A DNA stretch of 64,000 bases from an uncultured Gammaproteobacteria bacterium. Its GTDB lineage: Bacteria > Patescibacteriota > Patescibacteriia > UBA9934. Under the pieces are notes generated by a model. The model searched no databases. It was not told the DNA's origin and worked only from the letters and a program-made list of their open reading frames with translations. Positions within the stretch are counted from its first letter, which is position 1, and every line of letters begins with the position of its first letter. The stretch lies in NCBI GenBank assembly GCA_964355955.1, contig CAYHFQ010000003.1, positions 31,777 through 95,776 on the forward strand, written 5' to 3'. A program made the position numbers and the translations under genes. Of the stretch, positions 8,664 to 17,372 are shown in pieces.

Positions 8664-9374
8664 CTAGGAGGGCTCGGGTTCGGGGTGAGGGTTGGTGTCG
8701 GGCGGGATGATGGTGTGGCCGAGCGAGATGTGCTCGACGTCGATGGGCGGATGCCAGGCCAAGATGGCCATGAAGCGCGCGAGGTGATCGGCTACCTGCT
8801 CGACCGTGACGTAACCGTTCGCCTCCCAGTCCGTCTGCTGGTCGGCGCTGAGCCTCTGCAACTCGACGAGCAAAGTGCTGCGCCGGAGGTGATCGATGTC
8901 AGCCATGAGCTTCTTGATCACGTCGCAACGCGGTTCCCAGCTGATGGTCGAGAACTCGTGTCGCTCCCGACAGTGGCGACAGGGTTGACCGGCCAGGATG
9001 TTGATCACCCGTTCCTCAGAACACAGGAGTTCTTCGATCTCCTGAGCAGGGCTGGGTGGTGCCGGCGGAGCGCCGAGATCGATGATGAAGACTTCTCCAC
9101 CGAAAGCGGCCATGATCGCGACGAAGTCCAGGTAGCCGTCGTTGGCGTCTTCATCACCGTCTGCTTCTTCCTGGTCGTCGAACTTCGCCTGACCGAGCTG
9201 GCCTTTCGCGTCGACCTCGAAGGTACCGACTTGGACGTCATCCTCGTTGGTCAACGGGTAGATGCCAGGCGGCAACAGTTGGCCGAGAACATCCTCGCCG
9301 TAGCTGACCCAGCCCTCGGCGTCGACGGTGACGTCCCACCACCGATCGTTGAATTTGAAAGAAAATGAACGCAT
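8664..9374 (-). CDS. Tandem-paralog family member 1 (236 aa), hypothetical and acidic. Motifs PPGIYPLTNEDD...GTFEV, GQPCRHCRERH and ARFMAILAWHP.
   Basis: ORF translation aligned by eye to the other four full-length paralogs. GAGGAG lies 8 nt upstream of the ATG. Confidence 0.6.
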   Translation of the reverse strand: MRSFSFKFNDRWWDVTVDAEGWVSYGEDVLGQLLPPGIYPLTNEDDVQVGTFEVDAKGQLGQAKFDDQEEADGDEDANDGYLDFVAIMAAFGGEVFIIDLGAPPAPPSPAQEIEELLCSEERVINILAGQPCRHCRERHEFSTISWEPRCDVIKKLMADIDHLRRSTLLVELQRLSADQQTDWEANGYVTVEQVADHLARFMAILAWHPPIDVEHISLGHTIIPPDTNPHPEPEPS

Positions 9375-9535
9375 GACGCTCCTCTGCCCCGTAATGGGGA
9401 CTTGCTTGGGTGGTAGACGAGTTGGCTTTTGGCCGACTCATAGCGACTTCTTCCGGCGAAAAAGACGGTGGGAGGCGGCGAAAATGAGTTGTTATAGTGC
9501 CATGAAATTTAGAAAATGTCAATGATTGACGCCCT

Positions 9536-9569
9536 GAAAACAAAACCAGCCTGCCACGAGGGACAGACT
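9536..9569 (-). terminator. Rho-independent terminator downstream of paralog 2. On the minus strand it reads CAGTCTGTCCCTCGTGGCAGGCTG followed by GTTTTGTTTTC.
   Basis: Same loop CCCTCGTGG and the same U-run as the 8596 terminator. Confidence 0.6.
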
Positions 9570-9604
9570 GATTGAGGTGACGCGCGAACCGCGTCGACGA
9601 TGGG

Positions 9605-10264
9605 CTACGAGGGCTGAACTTCCTCTGCCGGGGTGTCGAAGAGCTTCTTGACGAGCAGCTCAGGCTCCTTGACCTTGGGCTGCTCCGACTGCCAGTGGTT
9701 CAGAGCCCGGAGGCGAAGCGCGGCGCCGTGGGCCTCGGCGTGGTTCGCGAAGTGGAAGTAGGCGAGCGACTCTGGCGGCGTGGTCACTCGTGCCAGATGG
9801 TCGAGGATGCCGAGCGACGAACGAGCGATCTCGAAGCGCAGCTGCCGCTGGAAGTCCACCCGCCACTCATACGCCGTGATATGTGGCATTTCGCCCAGGC
9901 CGTGGCGCTGACCGCAGAGGCGGCAGGGCTTGCCGTCGAGGCTGTCGGCGTGACACTCGAGGCTGTGCAGCAAGTCGAGAAAGGCGTAGGCACCGCCGGC
10001 CAACGGAGTGGTGTTGTCTGGCTCTGGCTCCGTGCGATGCGTGTTGGGAGTGGTTCCGATGACCAGGCCCGGCTTGTGTTCGACATTGACCGAGAAGCGA
10101 CCATGCTGGACCAACCGGCTGTCCAGTGCGTGCAGGTAGTAGGTGCCGGCCGGCAACTTGACGTCGCCGAGCACGATGACCGGCTGATCTTTCGTGATCA
10201 TGACCGTGAAGGTGCGGCCCGTAGCATCCGTGACGTGAAAAAACTGTGGCGCTAACGTTGACAT
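9605..10264 (-). CDS. Tandem-paralog family member 2 (219 aa). Motifs PAGTYYLHALD...GRFSV, DGKPCRLCGQRH and AALRLRALNHWQ.
   Basis: ORF translation and motif alignment. Confidence 0.6.
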   Translation of the reverse strand: MSTLAPQFFHVTDATGRTFTVMITKDQPVIVLGDVKLPAGTYYLHALDSRLVQHGRFSVNVEHKPGLVIGTTPNTHRTEPEPDNTTPLAGGAYAFLDLLHSLECHADSLDGKPCRLCGQRHGLGEMPHITAYEWRVDFQRQLRFEIARSSLGILDHLARVTTPPESLAYFHFANHAEAHGAALRLRALNHWQSEQPKVKEPELLVKKLFDTPAEEVQPS

Positions 10265-10324
10265 GTTGTGCTCCGGCCCGGGTGGGCAGGTGGTGGGGAG
10301 AGCCAGCCGGAATGACTGGTGGCC

Positions 10325-10354
10325 GGATAGTGCCTGAGATTGGCGGAAAAGGCA
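10325..10354 (-). promoter_or_regulatory. Conserved paralog promoter motif. Sense strand: TTGCCT-N17-CACTAT.
   Basis: Reverse complement of 10321-10357 is AAAACTTGCCTTTTCCGCCAATCTCAGGCACTATCCGGCC, which aligns to the motif upstream of the other paralogs. Confidence 0.4.
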
Positions 10355-10468
10355 AGTTTTGAGGGAAAAGAAAAGACTGACGCCTCCGGAGTACGGAGCG
10401 CGCCAGTCAGATGCCGATGAGTGTCGCCACCGGCCGCGTGGTCAACCTATGACCATGGGGATGACCGA

Positions 10469-10741
10469 CTACTTGCCGGGAGGAGGGTTGGTGGACGGGA
10501 GGGGCGGGAGACCGCTGGGACGGCGGGCGGGGCCAGTGGCTTGTCCGCGCTCAACCTCGAACTCGCGTCCGAGAGCGTCATTCTCGAGGATGTAGACGCC
10601 AGATCTCGGCATATCCGAGAAATTGCTAACCTCGCCGTCGGGAGCCACGGTGCACTTCAACCTGAAGGAACCGTGAGCCGCCACCATCCGAACGCCAGCT
10701 TTTGCCTTGTCCTGTGCCATCTGCTTCTTACCTTTGCCCAT
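10469..10741 (-). CDS. Truncated paralog carrying only the N-terminal domain (RSGVYILENDALGREFEV), with a low-complexity tail.
   Basis: Shares the P/S-G-x-Y-x-L motif with the full-length paralogs. Has its own copy of the promoter motif upstream. Confidence 0.4.
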   Translation of the reverse strand: MGKGKKQMAQDKAKAGVRMVAAHGSFRLKCTVAPDGEVSNFSDMPRSGVYILENDALGREFEVERGQATGPARRPSGLPPLPSTNPPPGK

Positions 10742-10806
10742 TGAAGGGACTTTGGAGGGTTGCTAGGAACCTGCTGACCGCCAGAGCGACGGCCGAACAG
10801 AGCCTG

Positions 10807-10835
10807 TTTATACCAGATTGGCCGTAATTGGGCAA
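10807..10835 (-). promoter_or_regulatory. Paralog promoter motif. Sense strand: TTGCCC-N17-TATAAA.
   Basis: Reverse complement of 10793-10838 is ACTTGCCCAATTACGGCCAATCTGGTATAAACAGGCTCTGTTCGGCC. Confidence 0.4.
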
Positions 10836-10838
10836 GTA

Positions 10839-11078
10839 TCAGCCGCCCCGCACCGCCACGCCGGCAGGGATCTGCAAGGCCGAATTGGCCAGGGCCTGCT
10901 GGAGTGGGGTAATAGCCTGCCCGATTTTGTCGCCGTCGACCATGAAGGTGCGGTGGTCGGCCAGCGTGTAGAGGCCGGACTTGAGCTTCACCCCGGGCCG
11001 AGGAGTGACGTTACCCTGAGGATCGAGGCTGACTTCGACGTGGTGGAGGCCGCTGTGCGCAAACATGGTGACGGTCAT
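10839..11078 (-). CDS. Truncated paralog with only the N-terminal domain. The likely start is the internal ATG (MTVTMFAHSGL...KSGLYTLADHRTFMVDGD).
   Basis: The track ORF is 10839..11153, but the conserved promoter motif lies at 11144-11172, i.e. inside that N-terminal extension, so the ATG at 11078 is preferred. Confidence 0.35.
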   Translation of the reverse strand: MTVTMFAHSGLHHVEVSLDPQGNVTPRPGVKLKSGLYTLADHRTFMVDGDKIGQAITPLQQALANSALQIPAGVAVRGG

Positions 11079-11143
11079 GACGATGTCCTTTTTTTTGACG
11101 GTGCTGGGGATTTGAGACTGCCAGAGTAGCAGGCCCGAAAACG

Positions 11144-11172
11144 ATAGTCTCATAGCTTAGCCAAAAAAGCAA
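11144..11172 (-). promoter_or_regulatory. Paralog promoter motif. Sense strand: TTGCTT-N17-GACTAT.
   Basis: Reverse complement of 11131-11185 aligns to the family motif (...TTTTTTGGCTAAGCTATGAGACTATCG...). Confidence 0.35.
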
Positions 11173-11245
11173 GATTAGACTCTATCAAAAAGCAAAACTA
11201 GCACCCCCGGAGAGAGGATGTTAGTCGAGGCGGGCCGCAGTAGAG

Positions 11246-11866
11246 CTACGGCGCAGGAGAAGAGGTTGAGGATTCGGTTGGCTGCCAGGCCAAGAGGGCG
11301 CGGAGGCGGGCGAGTTGGATCTCGGCCTCGGCCTGGGTGGTCAGGCCGGCGCGAGCAAGGAGCTCAGGAGTACCGTTGACCAAATTCTGGACACGCAGCT
11401 CAACCCCACGCTGTACATACCCGGCGATGTAAGTCTGGAAATTGGCCAACAGCTTCTCTGCGGTAATAGCGACGTCCTCAGGAAAATGTTGTTTGTGACA
11501 ATTCCTGCAGGGCTTACCGTCGAGTGCGTCGACCATCTCTTCTAAAGTGGTCAAAGTCTGATTGAATAGTTCAGACGGCGTCAGGAACTCGTCGGGCGTG
11601 GCGCCGGTACTGGTCCCGATGTTGAGGGCGACGATGACAGTGGCCCGAAGTCGGCGCCACTCGGTCACAGTGTGGATTTGGCGGTCAATCTGACCCTCGG
11701 TAATGGTGATGGTGCCGAACGGCCTACCACCAGCAGTTGTGAGGTTGTAGACACCATCCGGAAGTGTGAGGTTGGCTGGGGGGAAGAACTCCACCAGTTC
11801 GTTGATCCTGACAATAGTGGAGAAGGGGCCGCAGGTGATGACGAAGGCCAAAGTTTTAGGCTGCAT
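11246..11866 (-). CDS. Tandem-paralog family member 3 (206 aa). Motifs PDGVYNLTTAGGRPFGTITI, DGKPCRNCHKQH and LARLRALLAWQP.
   Basis: ORF translation and motif alignment. Confidence 0.6.
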   Translation of the reverse strand: MQPKTLAFVITCGPFSTIVRINELVEFFPPANLTLPDGVYNLTTAGGRPFGTITITEGQIDRQIHTVTEWRRLRATVIVALNIGTSTGATPDEFLTPSELFNQTLTTLEEMVDALDGKPCRNCHKQHFPEDVAITAEKLLANFQTYIAGYVQRGVELRVQNLVNGTPELLARAGLTTQAEAEIQLARLRALLAWQPTESSTSSPAP

Positions 11867-11913
11867 GTTCTTCCTCTTGGTATGACGACGACCGGAATGG
11901 CCGACTCGGGAGA

Positions 11914-11942
11914 ATGGTGCTTGAGATTAGCGAAAAAGTCAA
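11914..11942 (-). promoter_or_regulatory. Paralog promoter motif. Sense strand: TTGACT-N17-CACCAT, followed by CTCCCGAGTCGGCC.
   Basis: Reverse complement of 11900-11945 is GTTGACTTTTTCGCTAATCTCAAGCACCATTCTCCCGAGTCGGCC. Confidence 0.45.
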
Positions 11943-12064
11943 CCGAGCTCAGCTCGGCTGTTGGTTCGCGACCAAAGCTCAGCTTTGGAGAAAACCTAAT
12001 AAAAAGGAAAACTGGCACCCCCCCCGGGAATTCTATCGGGGAGCGCCAGTCGAGGCGAAGAAGG

Positions 12065-12685
12065 CTAGGTGGTGGCGGATTCGACGATGAGCTCGGCGGG
12101 CTGCCAGGCCAGGAGGGCGCGGAGGCGCAGAAGTTGAATGGCGAGCTTGGAAATGTTCGGCAGACCGAGAGCCTCGAGATCCGCTTGGGACATGTCGATC
12201 ATGGTCCTGAGCCGCAGTTCCCCGTCGAACTCGAGATCACGACCGAGCTCAGTGCGGAACTTGGCCAAGGCCCAGTCACGAGTCACCCCTCGCGAGACGA
12301 GACTAGAGTCGATGATGATCTTCCCATCGATGTAGTCGCGTAAGGCTTCCAGGGACATGAGGTGTTGGTCGTACTGATCTGACGAAGATTGAGCTGGTGC
12401 TGGACCGAAGATGTGATTCAACATGTCACTTAAGGTGTTGAAGTAGTCATCCAAGGCCGACGTGGGCTCGTCGTCAAAGAGCATAGCGTGGCTCGGGAGA
12501 CCGTTCAGGACCGTGAAGTGGCCGTGTTGGCCGTAGCCGCCTTCGGTCAGAGTGTAGAGACCGTCCTCAAGGACGATGTTCGAGGACACGGTGACTTCGC
12601 CTTCCTCGCTGACCATGACGACGCGTTTGTTGGCTGCTGGGCCGGTGGCGGTGTATTGGAAAGGGCCTGGGGGTTTGGTGAACAT
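12065..12685 (-). CDS. Tandem-paralog family member 4 (206 aa). Motifs EDGLYTLTEGGYGQHGHFTV and LLRLRALLAWQP. The Cys motif is replaced by DGKIIIDSS.
   Basis: ORF translation and motif alignment. Confidence 0.6.
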   Translation of the reverse strand: MFTKPPGPFQYTATGPAANKRVVMVSEEGEVTVSSNIVLEDGLYTLTEGGYGQHGHFTVLNGLPSHAMLFDDEPTSALDDYFNTLSDMLNHIFGPAPAQSSSDQYDQHLMSLEALRDYIDGKIIIDSSLVSRGVTRDWALAKFRTELGRDLEFDGELRLRTMIDMSQADLEALGLPNISKLAIQLLRLRALLAWQPAELIVESATT

Positions 12686-12748
12686 GAGGTGCCCGATGCT
12701 CTGTGGAGAGCTGTGGGAGGTGGCGCGGCGAGATGGCCGAACGCGACG

Positions 12749-12777
12749 ATTGTGTTAGAGATTGGCCGAGAAGTCAA
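12749..12777 (-). promoter_or_regulatory. Paralog promoter motif. Sense strand: TTGACT-N17-CACAAT.
   Basis: Reverse complement of 12735-12782 is GGCAGAAAGTTGACTTCTCGGCCAATCTCTAACACAATCGTCGCGTTCGGCC. Confidence 0.45.
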
Positions 12778-12867
12778 CTTTCTGCCTGTAAAAAGCAAGA
12801 TCGACACCGCCCGTGAGGGTGAGGTGCCGATCGAGGTCACACGGGAGCGCCGTGTGAGAGTGGCCTG

Positions 12868-13557
12868 CTAGGCCTGGGGGTTGACGCCTTCCCCCGTGTT
12901 GGTGGAGGCCGGCGGGGGCTGGTTGGTGTCGGTGGAGTTGTCCGTGGGCTTGGCGGTCTGCGGCGTGTTGGCGCTGCTCCAGGTGAGGAGGGCGTTGAAG
13001 CGGTCCATGGTCCTCGCGATCGCATCCCGGTTCTTGAAGCCGACGCCCTGGATGACCTCGTCGGGCTCATCGAGGAGCTCGAGCAGCTTGTCGACCAAGC
13101 CGTTTGTACGGTGGTATTCGATGCCCTCCTGGACCCATGCGGTGAGCTCGGCAGGCGTGTGTCCCTGCTCGGCAGGGTCATGCACCTGGCCGCAACGAGG
13201 ACAGGCCTGACCGCTGAGGATCGACTCGATGACGAACTCGAACAAGAAGAAATCACTCACGATGGACGCGGCCGCAGTCATCGGCTCGAGGTTGATGCGC
13301 ACCTCGATGATGCTGTGCCGCGGCTCGGGCTTGGCAGCCATGGCCTTGGACCAGTCGACGTGCGCGAGGCCGATGTGGCCACCGCGGGTTTCGAAGGAGC
13401 CGAACACCTGGTTGTCGTCACCGACCAGGGTGAAGACGGCGTTCCTCGGGAGCGTGATGCCTTCGGACGGCGTCACAGTGCCATCGCTGGCGATGGTGAC
13501 CGTCACCTGGGTGTTATTGTCCTTGCCGTAGAAGGCGCGGAAGGTACGTTTTTCCAA
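12868..13557 (-). CDS. Tandem-paralog family member 5 (229 aa; TTG start). Motifs RNAVFTLVGDDNQVFGSFE, GQACPRCGQVH and RFNALLTWS.
   Basis: ORF translation. AAGGA lies 8 nt upstream of the TTG start. Confidence 0.55.
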   Translation of the reverse strand: MEKRTFRAFYGKDNNTQVTVTIASDGTVTPSEGITLPRNAVFTLVGDDNQVFGSFETRGGHIGLAHVDWSKAMAAKPEPRHSIIEVRINLEPMTAAASIVSDFFLFEFVIESILSGQACPRCGQVHDPAEQGHTPAELTAWVQEGIEYHRTNGLVDKLLELLDEPDEVIQGVGFKNRDAIARTMDRFNALLTWSSANTPQTAKPTDNSTDTNQPPPASTNTGEGVNPQA

Positions 13558-13626
13558 CTTGATCCTTGAATCCCCTAATGGGGCGTATTGAATTTGAGAC
13601 TACCGGAAATGGTCGACTCGGGGAGG

Positions 13627-13655
13627 ATTGTGCCTGATGTTGGCGAAAAAGTCAA
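13627..13655 (-). promoter_or_regulatory. Paralog promoter motif. Sense strand: TTGACT-N17-CACAAT, followed by CCTCCCCGAGTCGACC.
   Basis: Reverse complement of 13610-13658 is GGCTTGACTTTTTCGCCAACATCAGGCACAATCCTCCCCGAGTCGACC. Confidence 0.45.
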
Positions 13656-13658
13656 GCC

Positions 13659-14096
13659 TTAGAGACCAATGTTGGCTTTGGCGCCCAGATATTGGCCGCG
13701 GTTAGGAAAGTTGGTTTTAACAAGATTTATAAAGGTTTCCGAGAAGCCTTTGGTGGCTAGTTGGCTGATTGGTACAAATTCTACGGAATTAATTTTTTCC
13801 GTGTCTAGACCAGCAATAGCGCCCAATTCCCCACCGACTTGGCTACAGAGAAAGGTGATGTGGAGGAGATGCTTGTCAGGCAAAATGTTGTCGCAAAGGT
13901 AGAGAAGGCTACCAATCGTGACAGTTAAGCCAGTTTCCTCCTGCACTTCGCGAAGCAACGCAGCCTCGAGTGTCTCCCCTTCTTCCACTTTGCCACCGGG
14001 TAACGACCACTTGCGGCTGGATTCTGTGTTTTGTTGAAGAAGAAGCAATGAATCGTTCTCGATGATGAGGGCGGTGACACGAATGTTGATGGACAT
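13659..14096 (-). CDS. NUDIX hydrolase.
   Basis: NUDIX box GGKVEEGETLEAALLREVQEETGL. Confidence 0.8.
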   Translation of the reverse strand: MSINIRVTALIIENDSLLLLQQNTESSRKWSLPGGKVEEGETLEAALLREVQEETGLTVTIGSLLYLCDNILPDKHLLHITFLCSQVGGELGAIAGLDTEKINSVEFVPISQLATKGFSETFINLVKTNFPNRGQYLGAKANIGL

Positions 14097-14103
14097 ACTT
14101 TTT

Positions 14104-14131
14104 ACTTAAAAGCGGGACATGACTGCCCCGC
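14104..14131 (-). terminator. Terminator downstream of ftsA. On the minus strand it reads GCGGGGCAGTCATGTCCCGC followed by TTTTAAG.
   Basis: 8-bp GC-rich stem plus a U-run on the minus strand. Confidence 0.5.
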
Positions 14132-14143
14132 CTGATGTTTAAG

Positions 14144-14177
14144 GCCCCCTCCTAACTCCCCCATAGCTGGGGGAGAG
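14144..14177. repeat. 35-nt GC-rich palindromic element (E1), plus-strand form CCCCCTCCTAACTCCCCCATAGCTGGGGGAG. It is intergenic, immediately 3' of the ftsA stop.
   Basis: Near-identical copies at 18850, 30285 and 60268 and a degenerate copy at 17095. It contains the 8-bp hairpin CTCCCCCA/TGGGGGAG. Confidence 0.65.
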
Positions 14178-14184
14178 TTTTCGT

Positions 14185-15441
14185 TTAAGGCACCATGGAT
14201 TTGAACCACTGGCCGATTTTGTTGGCCACTTGGTCCACGGATTTGAATTTGCTAAAGAATTTACCGAACTTGTTAGTGTGCATGCCTTTGATGGCATAAC
14301 CCCAAACGGCCAAGCCGATGGCCGTGGCAAAGGCCGGGTCGTGAACTTCGTCAATTACGCTGCTGATGGTGACGGGAATGCCCAAAGCACAAGGCAAACG
14401 GAGCACGCGGCGAGCGACGTCGACCATGCCGTCGAGCTTAGCTCCCCCACCGGTGAGGATAACGCCAACGGGCAACATGCCGGAACGGTCTACCTTGCGC
14501 AGTTCAGCGTCGACAGCTTCGAATAGTTCTTCGACGCGGCTCTCAATAATCTCCGCAATGAAACGACGCTTCACCACCTCGTCCACGTCGGCCCCCATGT
14601 CTTTGAGGCTGAAGGTGTGCTTGCGATCCACAGCGTCAGGAACTGCGTGACCAAACTCCATTTTTACTTTCTCCGCAATTTCTGGCGGAATGCGCAAAAT
14701 GGTACCGATGTCGGAAGTGATGCGGTCGCCACCAATTGGCAGGACGGCGGTGTGCATTAAGTCCCCTTCTTCGAAAATGGCGATGGAGGTGGAGCTGGCA
14801 CCGATGTTGACCACGCACACGCCGAGTTCTTTTTGACGTTGGGTGAGAACGGCTTCGGCGGTGGCGAGTGGCGCGTAAACCAAGTCGTCAATGTCGAGGC
14901 CGGTGCGATAAATGCTCTTGGTCAAGTTTTTAATATGTGAGGCGAGGGCCTGAATGATGACAGCGTCCACTTCTAAACGAATGCCGTTCATGCCGACGGG
15001 ATCCTTCACGCCGCGCTGACCGTCGACAGTAAAGCTCTTGGGGATAACGTGCAAAATTTCGTAGTTGGAAGGTGTGGTGACGCCTTTAGCTGCTTCCATG
15101 GCACGTTCGACGTCGTCGTCCTTAATTTCGCCGTCGGGACGAGTGACGCCAATGACGCCCCGAGTTTCTTGGACGAGAATATTTTGGCCAGCAATAGAAA
15201 CCCAAGCGGCGTTAAGGGGCAAACCGGTCATGCGTTCGGCGCGTTCCAGGGCTTTGCTGACGGCAGAAACGGCTTCTTCCATGCTGCTAACAGTGCCTTT
15301 ATGCACACCAGCCGACGGCAAAGCAACCGCACCAATAATGTGCAGGCGAGGCTTACCGTCTTCACCCGGGAGGGGCTGGGCGACAGCAATACGAATCATC
15401 GAAGAGCCGATGTCGAGACCAATGATACTTCCTTCAGCCAT
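14185..15441 (-). CDS. ftsA: Cell division protein FtsA.
   Basis: Actin-like ATPase fold motifs (IGLDIGSS, the VNIGASSTSIAIF region, ILTGGGA). 418 aa. Confidence 0.95.
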   Translation of the reverse strand: MAEGSIIGLDIGSSMIRIAVAQPLPGEDGKPRLHIIGAVALPSAGVHKGTVSSMEEAVSAVSKALERAERMTGLPLNAAWVSIAGQNILVQETRGVIGVTRPDGEIKDDDVERAMEAAKGVTTPSNYEILHVIPKSFTVDGQRGVKDPVGMNGIRLEVDAVIIQALASHIKNLTKSIYRTGLDIDDLVYAPLATAEAVLTQRQKELGVCVVNIGASSTSIAIFEEGDLMHTAVLPIGGDRITSDIGTILRIPPEIAEKVKMEFGHAVPDAVDRKHTFSLKDMGADVDEVVKRRFIAEIIESRVEELFEAVDAELRKVDRSGMLPVGVILTGGGAKLDGMVDVARRVLRLPCALGIPVTISSVIDEVHDPAFATAIGLAVWGYAIKGMHTNKFGKFFSKFKSVDQVANKIGQWFKSMVP

Positions 15442-15462
15442 ATTAAGTGAGAGTTTTGAGTA

Positions 15463-15861
15463 TTATAACACGGATACCAGCCAGTCCTTCAATCTGGCTA
15501 AGACTGGCCAAATATATGGGACGAAGATGATCAGGCCGACGACGAGTGCGGAAACGGAGGTGAGTAAAACAGTGCCGGCCATCATATCTTTCACCTCACG
15601 AACCATGGGGTTGAGGCGTGGCTGGACGGCGTCGATGAGGCGCTCGACAATGCTGTTCATGACTTCAAGCACGAGGACAGCGGCGACGAGCAGGAGGATG
15701 AGGACGCGCTGAAGAGTAGAAAGTGGCAGGACGAGGCTCATGATAATAGCGAGGCCACCGAGGAGTAGCTGCACGCGGAAGCTGTGTTCGGCGTGGGCAA
15801 CTTCGCGGAGACCACGGAGGGCATGGCGCAGGCTACGAAAAAAGCGACGAGGAGAAAGCAT
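15463..15861 (-). CDS. dgkA: Diacylglycerol/undecaprenol kinase (DgkA family).
   Basis: 132 aa, 3 transmembrane segments, the EVMNSIVERLID (E-x-x-NSAIE-like) motif and FR-A-GL at the N-terminus. Confidence 0.75.
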   Translation of the reverse strand: MLSPRRFFRSLRHALRGLREVAHAEHSFRVQLLLGGLAIIMSLVLPLSTLQRVLILLLVAAVLVLEVMNSIVERLIDAVQPRLNPMVREVKDMMAGTVLLTSVSALVVGLIIFVPYIWPVLARLKDWLVSVL

Positions 15862-15867
15862 AATTGA

Positions 15868-16299
15868 TTACAAAATTTTGGCGACAATGGCATCCTGCAG
15901 GGGGAACATCTCCTCAGCGTCGGCCGGTTCGATGTGGTCGTAACCCAAACAATGAAGAATGCCGTGGACCACAAGATCGGCACATTCGAGTTCGAGGTCG
16001 TTATCAGCGGCGTCGGCCTGACGAGTGGCTTGAGCGATGTCGATTAGGACGTCGCCGATTTCGCCAGATTGTTCCGGCATGCCAGAGGCGAAACTTAGGA
16101 CGTCGGTGATGGCGTCTTTGCTGCGATACATGCGGTTGAGGCGCTTGATTTCCTCGTCGGTGATGTAGTTGATGTTGACGACACCGTCCATCAGTCCGGG
16201 CAAGGCAGCGTTGACGGCGGCAGCAATAGCAAGGTAGCGCTCGGCACCAAGGCGAGCGTCCGCGGGGACCAGGTCGTCGTCGACTTCAAGAGTGATCAT
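15868..16299 (-). CDS. ybeY: rRNA maturation endoribonuclease YbeY.
   Basis: HGILHCLGYDH zinc-binding motif. Confidence 0.9.
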   Translation of the reverse strand: MITLEVDDDLVPADARLGAERYLAIAAAVNAALPGLMDGVVNINYITDEEIKRLNRMYRSKDAITDVLSFASGMPEQSGEIGDVLIDIAQATRQADAADNDLELECADLVVHGILHCLGYDHIEPADAEEMFPLQDAIVAKIL

Positions 16300-17357
16300 G
16301 GCTTAGCATTAAGGTGAAAACTGTTGACCATCATCTCAAAAGTCTGCAAATATTCGATTTGACTGCGAGTGCCAAGATCGTAGGTGAGGGTTATGACCGA
16401 CGTGGCGTTATCGAGGTAAGTAGTCCTGTCGTCCGCGGTAGTTAAACCGTAGAAGCCATCTTTGGTTAGGGATTCTTTAAGTTGCTTGGCATCGTTGCCA
16501 GGTTGTTGGGCGTTATACCAGTCGGCTAAAGATTGTGTGGCAACCTTGGCCGTAGTACCAACGCTGATACTAGCTTGACGGGAAGAACGGAAAGCAATGG
16601 AGGTGCTGTCGGCTGAAGGGACTGGCGTCCAAGTCGTCGGGTAAAAGATTGTGAAAGCGAAAGCGGCGTCCGAGAAGACCTTAACAGCGCCGGTGTCGAG
16701 CAAAGTTAAAGGAGCTAAGCCGAGAGGGTCATAGCCGTGGAAGACTTCGTTGCCATCTAAATAAGTGTCCTTGTCAGAATCTGGTTCGCGGAAGTTAGTG
16801 CCGTAAAGCAGTTCCTCGATGTCGGTGAGGCCATCACTGTCAGTATCTTTGGCAGGAACAGGAATAGCAGCTTGAGCAGCAGCGGCGGCGGCATCTTGAG
16901 CAGCCTTGGCGGCGGCTTCAGCGGCGCGCTGCACTTCCTGTTGTTTGAGTTGGTTGAGTTGAGACTCGGCTAACTGTTTTTGCTGTTTGGCGGAGTCGAT
17001 TAGGCGGTAAGCAGCGAAACCGCCAGCACCGAGCACGATGAGCATGACGAAGAAGGTGATGAGGGGGCCTTTCCAGCTGTGCTTACGCTTTCGAGCCTCC
17101 CCTAGCCCCTCCATAGCTGGAGAGGGACTTACGACAGTTGGTGGAGCGACCACGGGAGGAGGAGGAGGTGGTGGAATGGGTTCTGGGCGGGGGGCGGTGA
17201 CCCCGCCTATTACTTCGGGTGATAGGCTAGCTTCGACGCCGTAAAACTCCCGCGGCATGGTGTGAATCACCACGTCAGTTGGCCCAGTAGTAGCCTCGAC
17301 GGTAGACGGTGAGGCCGTCACTGTGGGGTTAGGAGTTTTAGGCTTGCTGCCGAACAT
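16296..17357 (-). CDS. Single-pass membrane protein with a Pro-rich N-terminus and a C-terminal thrombospondin-type-3-like calcium-binding repeat (DTDSDGLTDIEE...DSDKDTYLDGNE).
   Basis: ORF translation. Paralogous in architecture to the next two genes. Contains the degenerate 35-nt element at 17095. Confidence 0.5.
   Translation of the reverse strand: MFGSKPKTPNPTVTASPSTVEATTGPTDVVIHTMPREFYGVEASLSPEVIGGVTAPRPEPIPPPPPPPVVAPPTVVSPSPAMEGLGEARKRKHSWKGPLITFFVMLIVLGAGGFAAYRLIDSAKQQKQLAESQLNQLKQQEVQRAAEAAAKAAQDAAAAAAQAAIPVPAKDTDSDGLTDIEELLYGTNFREPDSDKDTYLDGNEVFHGYDPLGLAPLTLLDTGAVKVFSDAAFAFTIFYPTTWTPVPSADSTSIAFRSSRQASISVGTTAKVATQSLADWYNAQQPGNDAKQLKESLTKDGFYGLTTADDRTTYLDNATSVITLTYDLGTRSQIEYLQTFEMMVNSFHLNAKP
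17095..17130. repeat. Degenerate copy of the 35-nt GC-rich element (GCCTCCCCTAGCCCCTCCATAGCTGGAGAGGG) inside the 16296..17357 coding sequence, encoding SPSPAMEGLGEA.
   Basis: Alignment to E1-E4; the stem is partly eroded. Confidence 0.35.
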
Positions 17358-17372
17358 AGGCCTTAGTTAATC

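Noticed and set aside
9660-10355. Alternative-frame ORFs (68-186 aa) overlapping paralog 2 on both strands; similar ones occur across 8637-13569.
   Set aside because: They are high-GC off-frame artefacts. The chosen frames are the ones that share motifs across all paralogs and have promoter and terminator signals.
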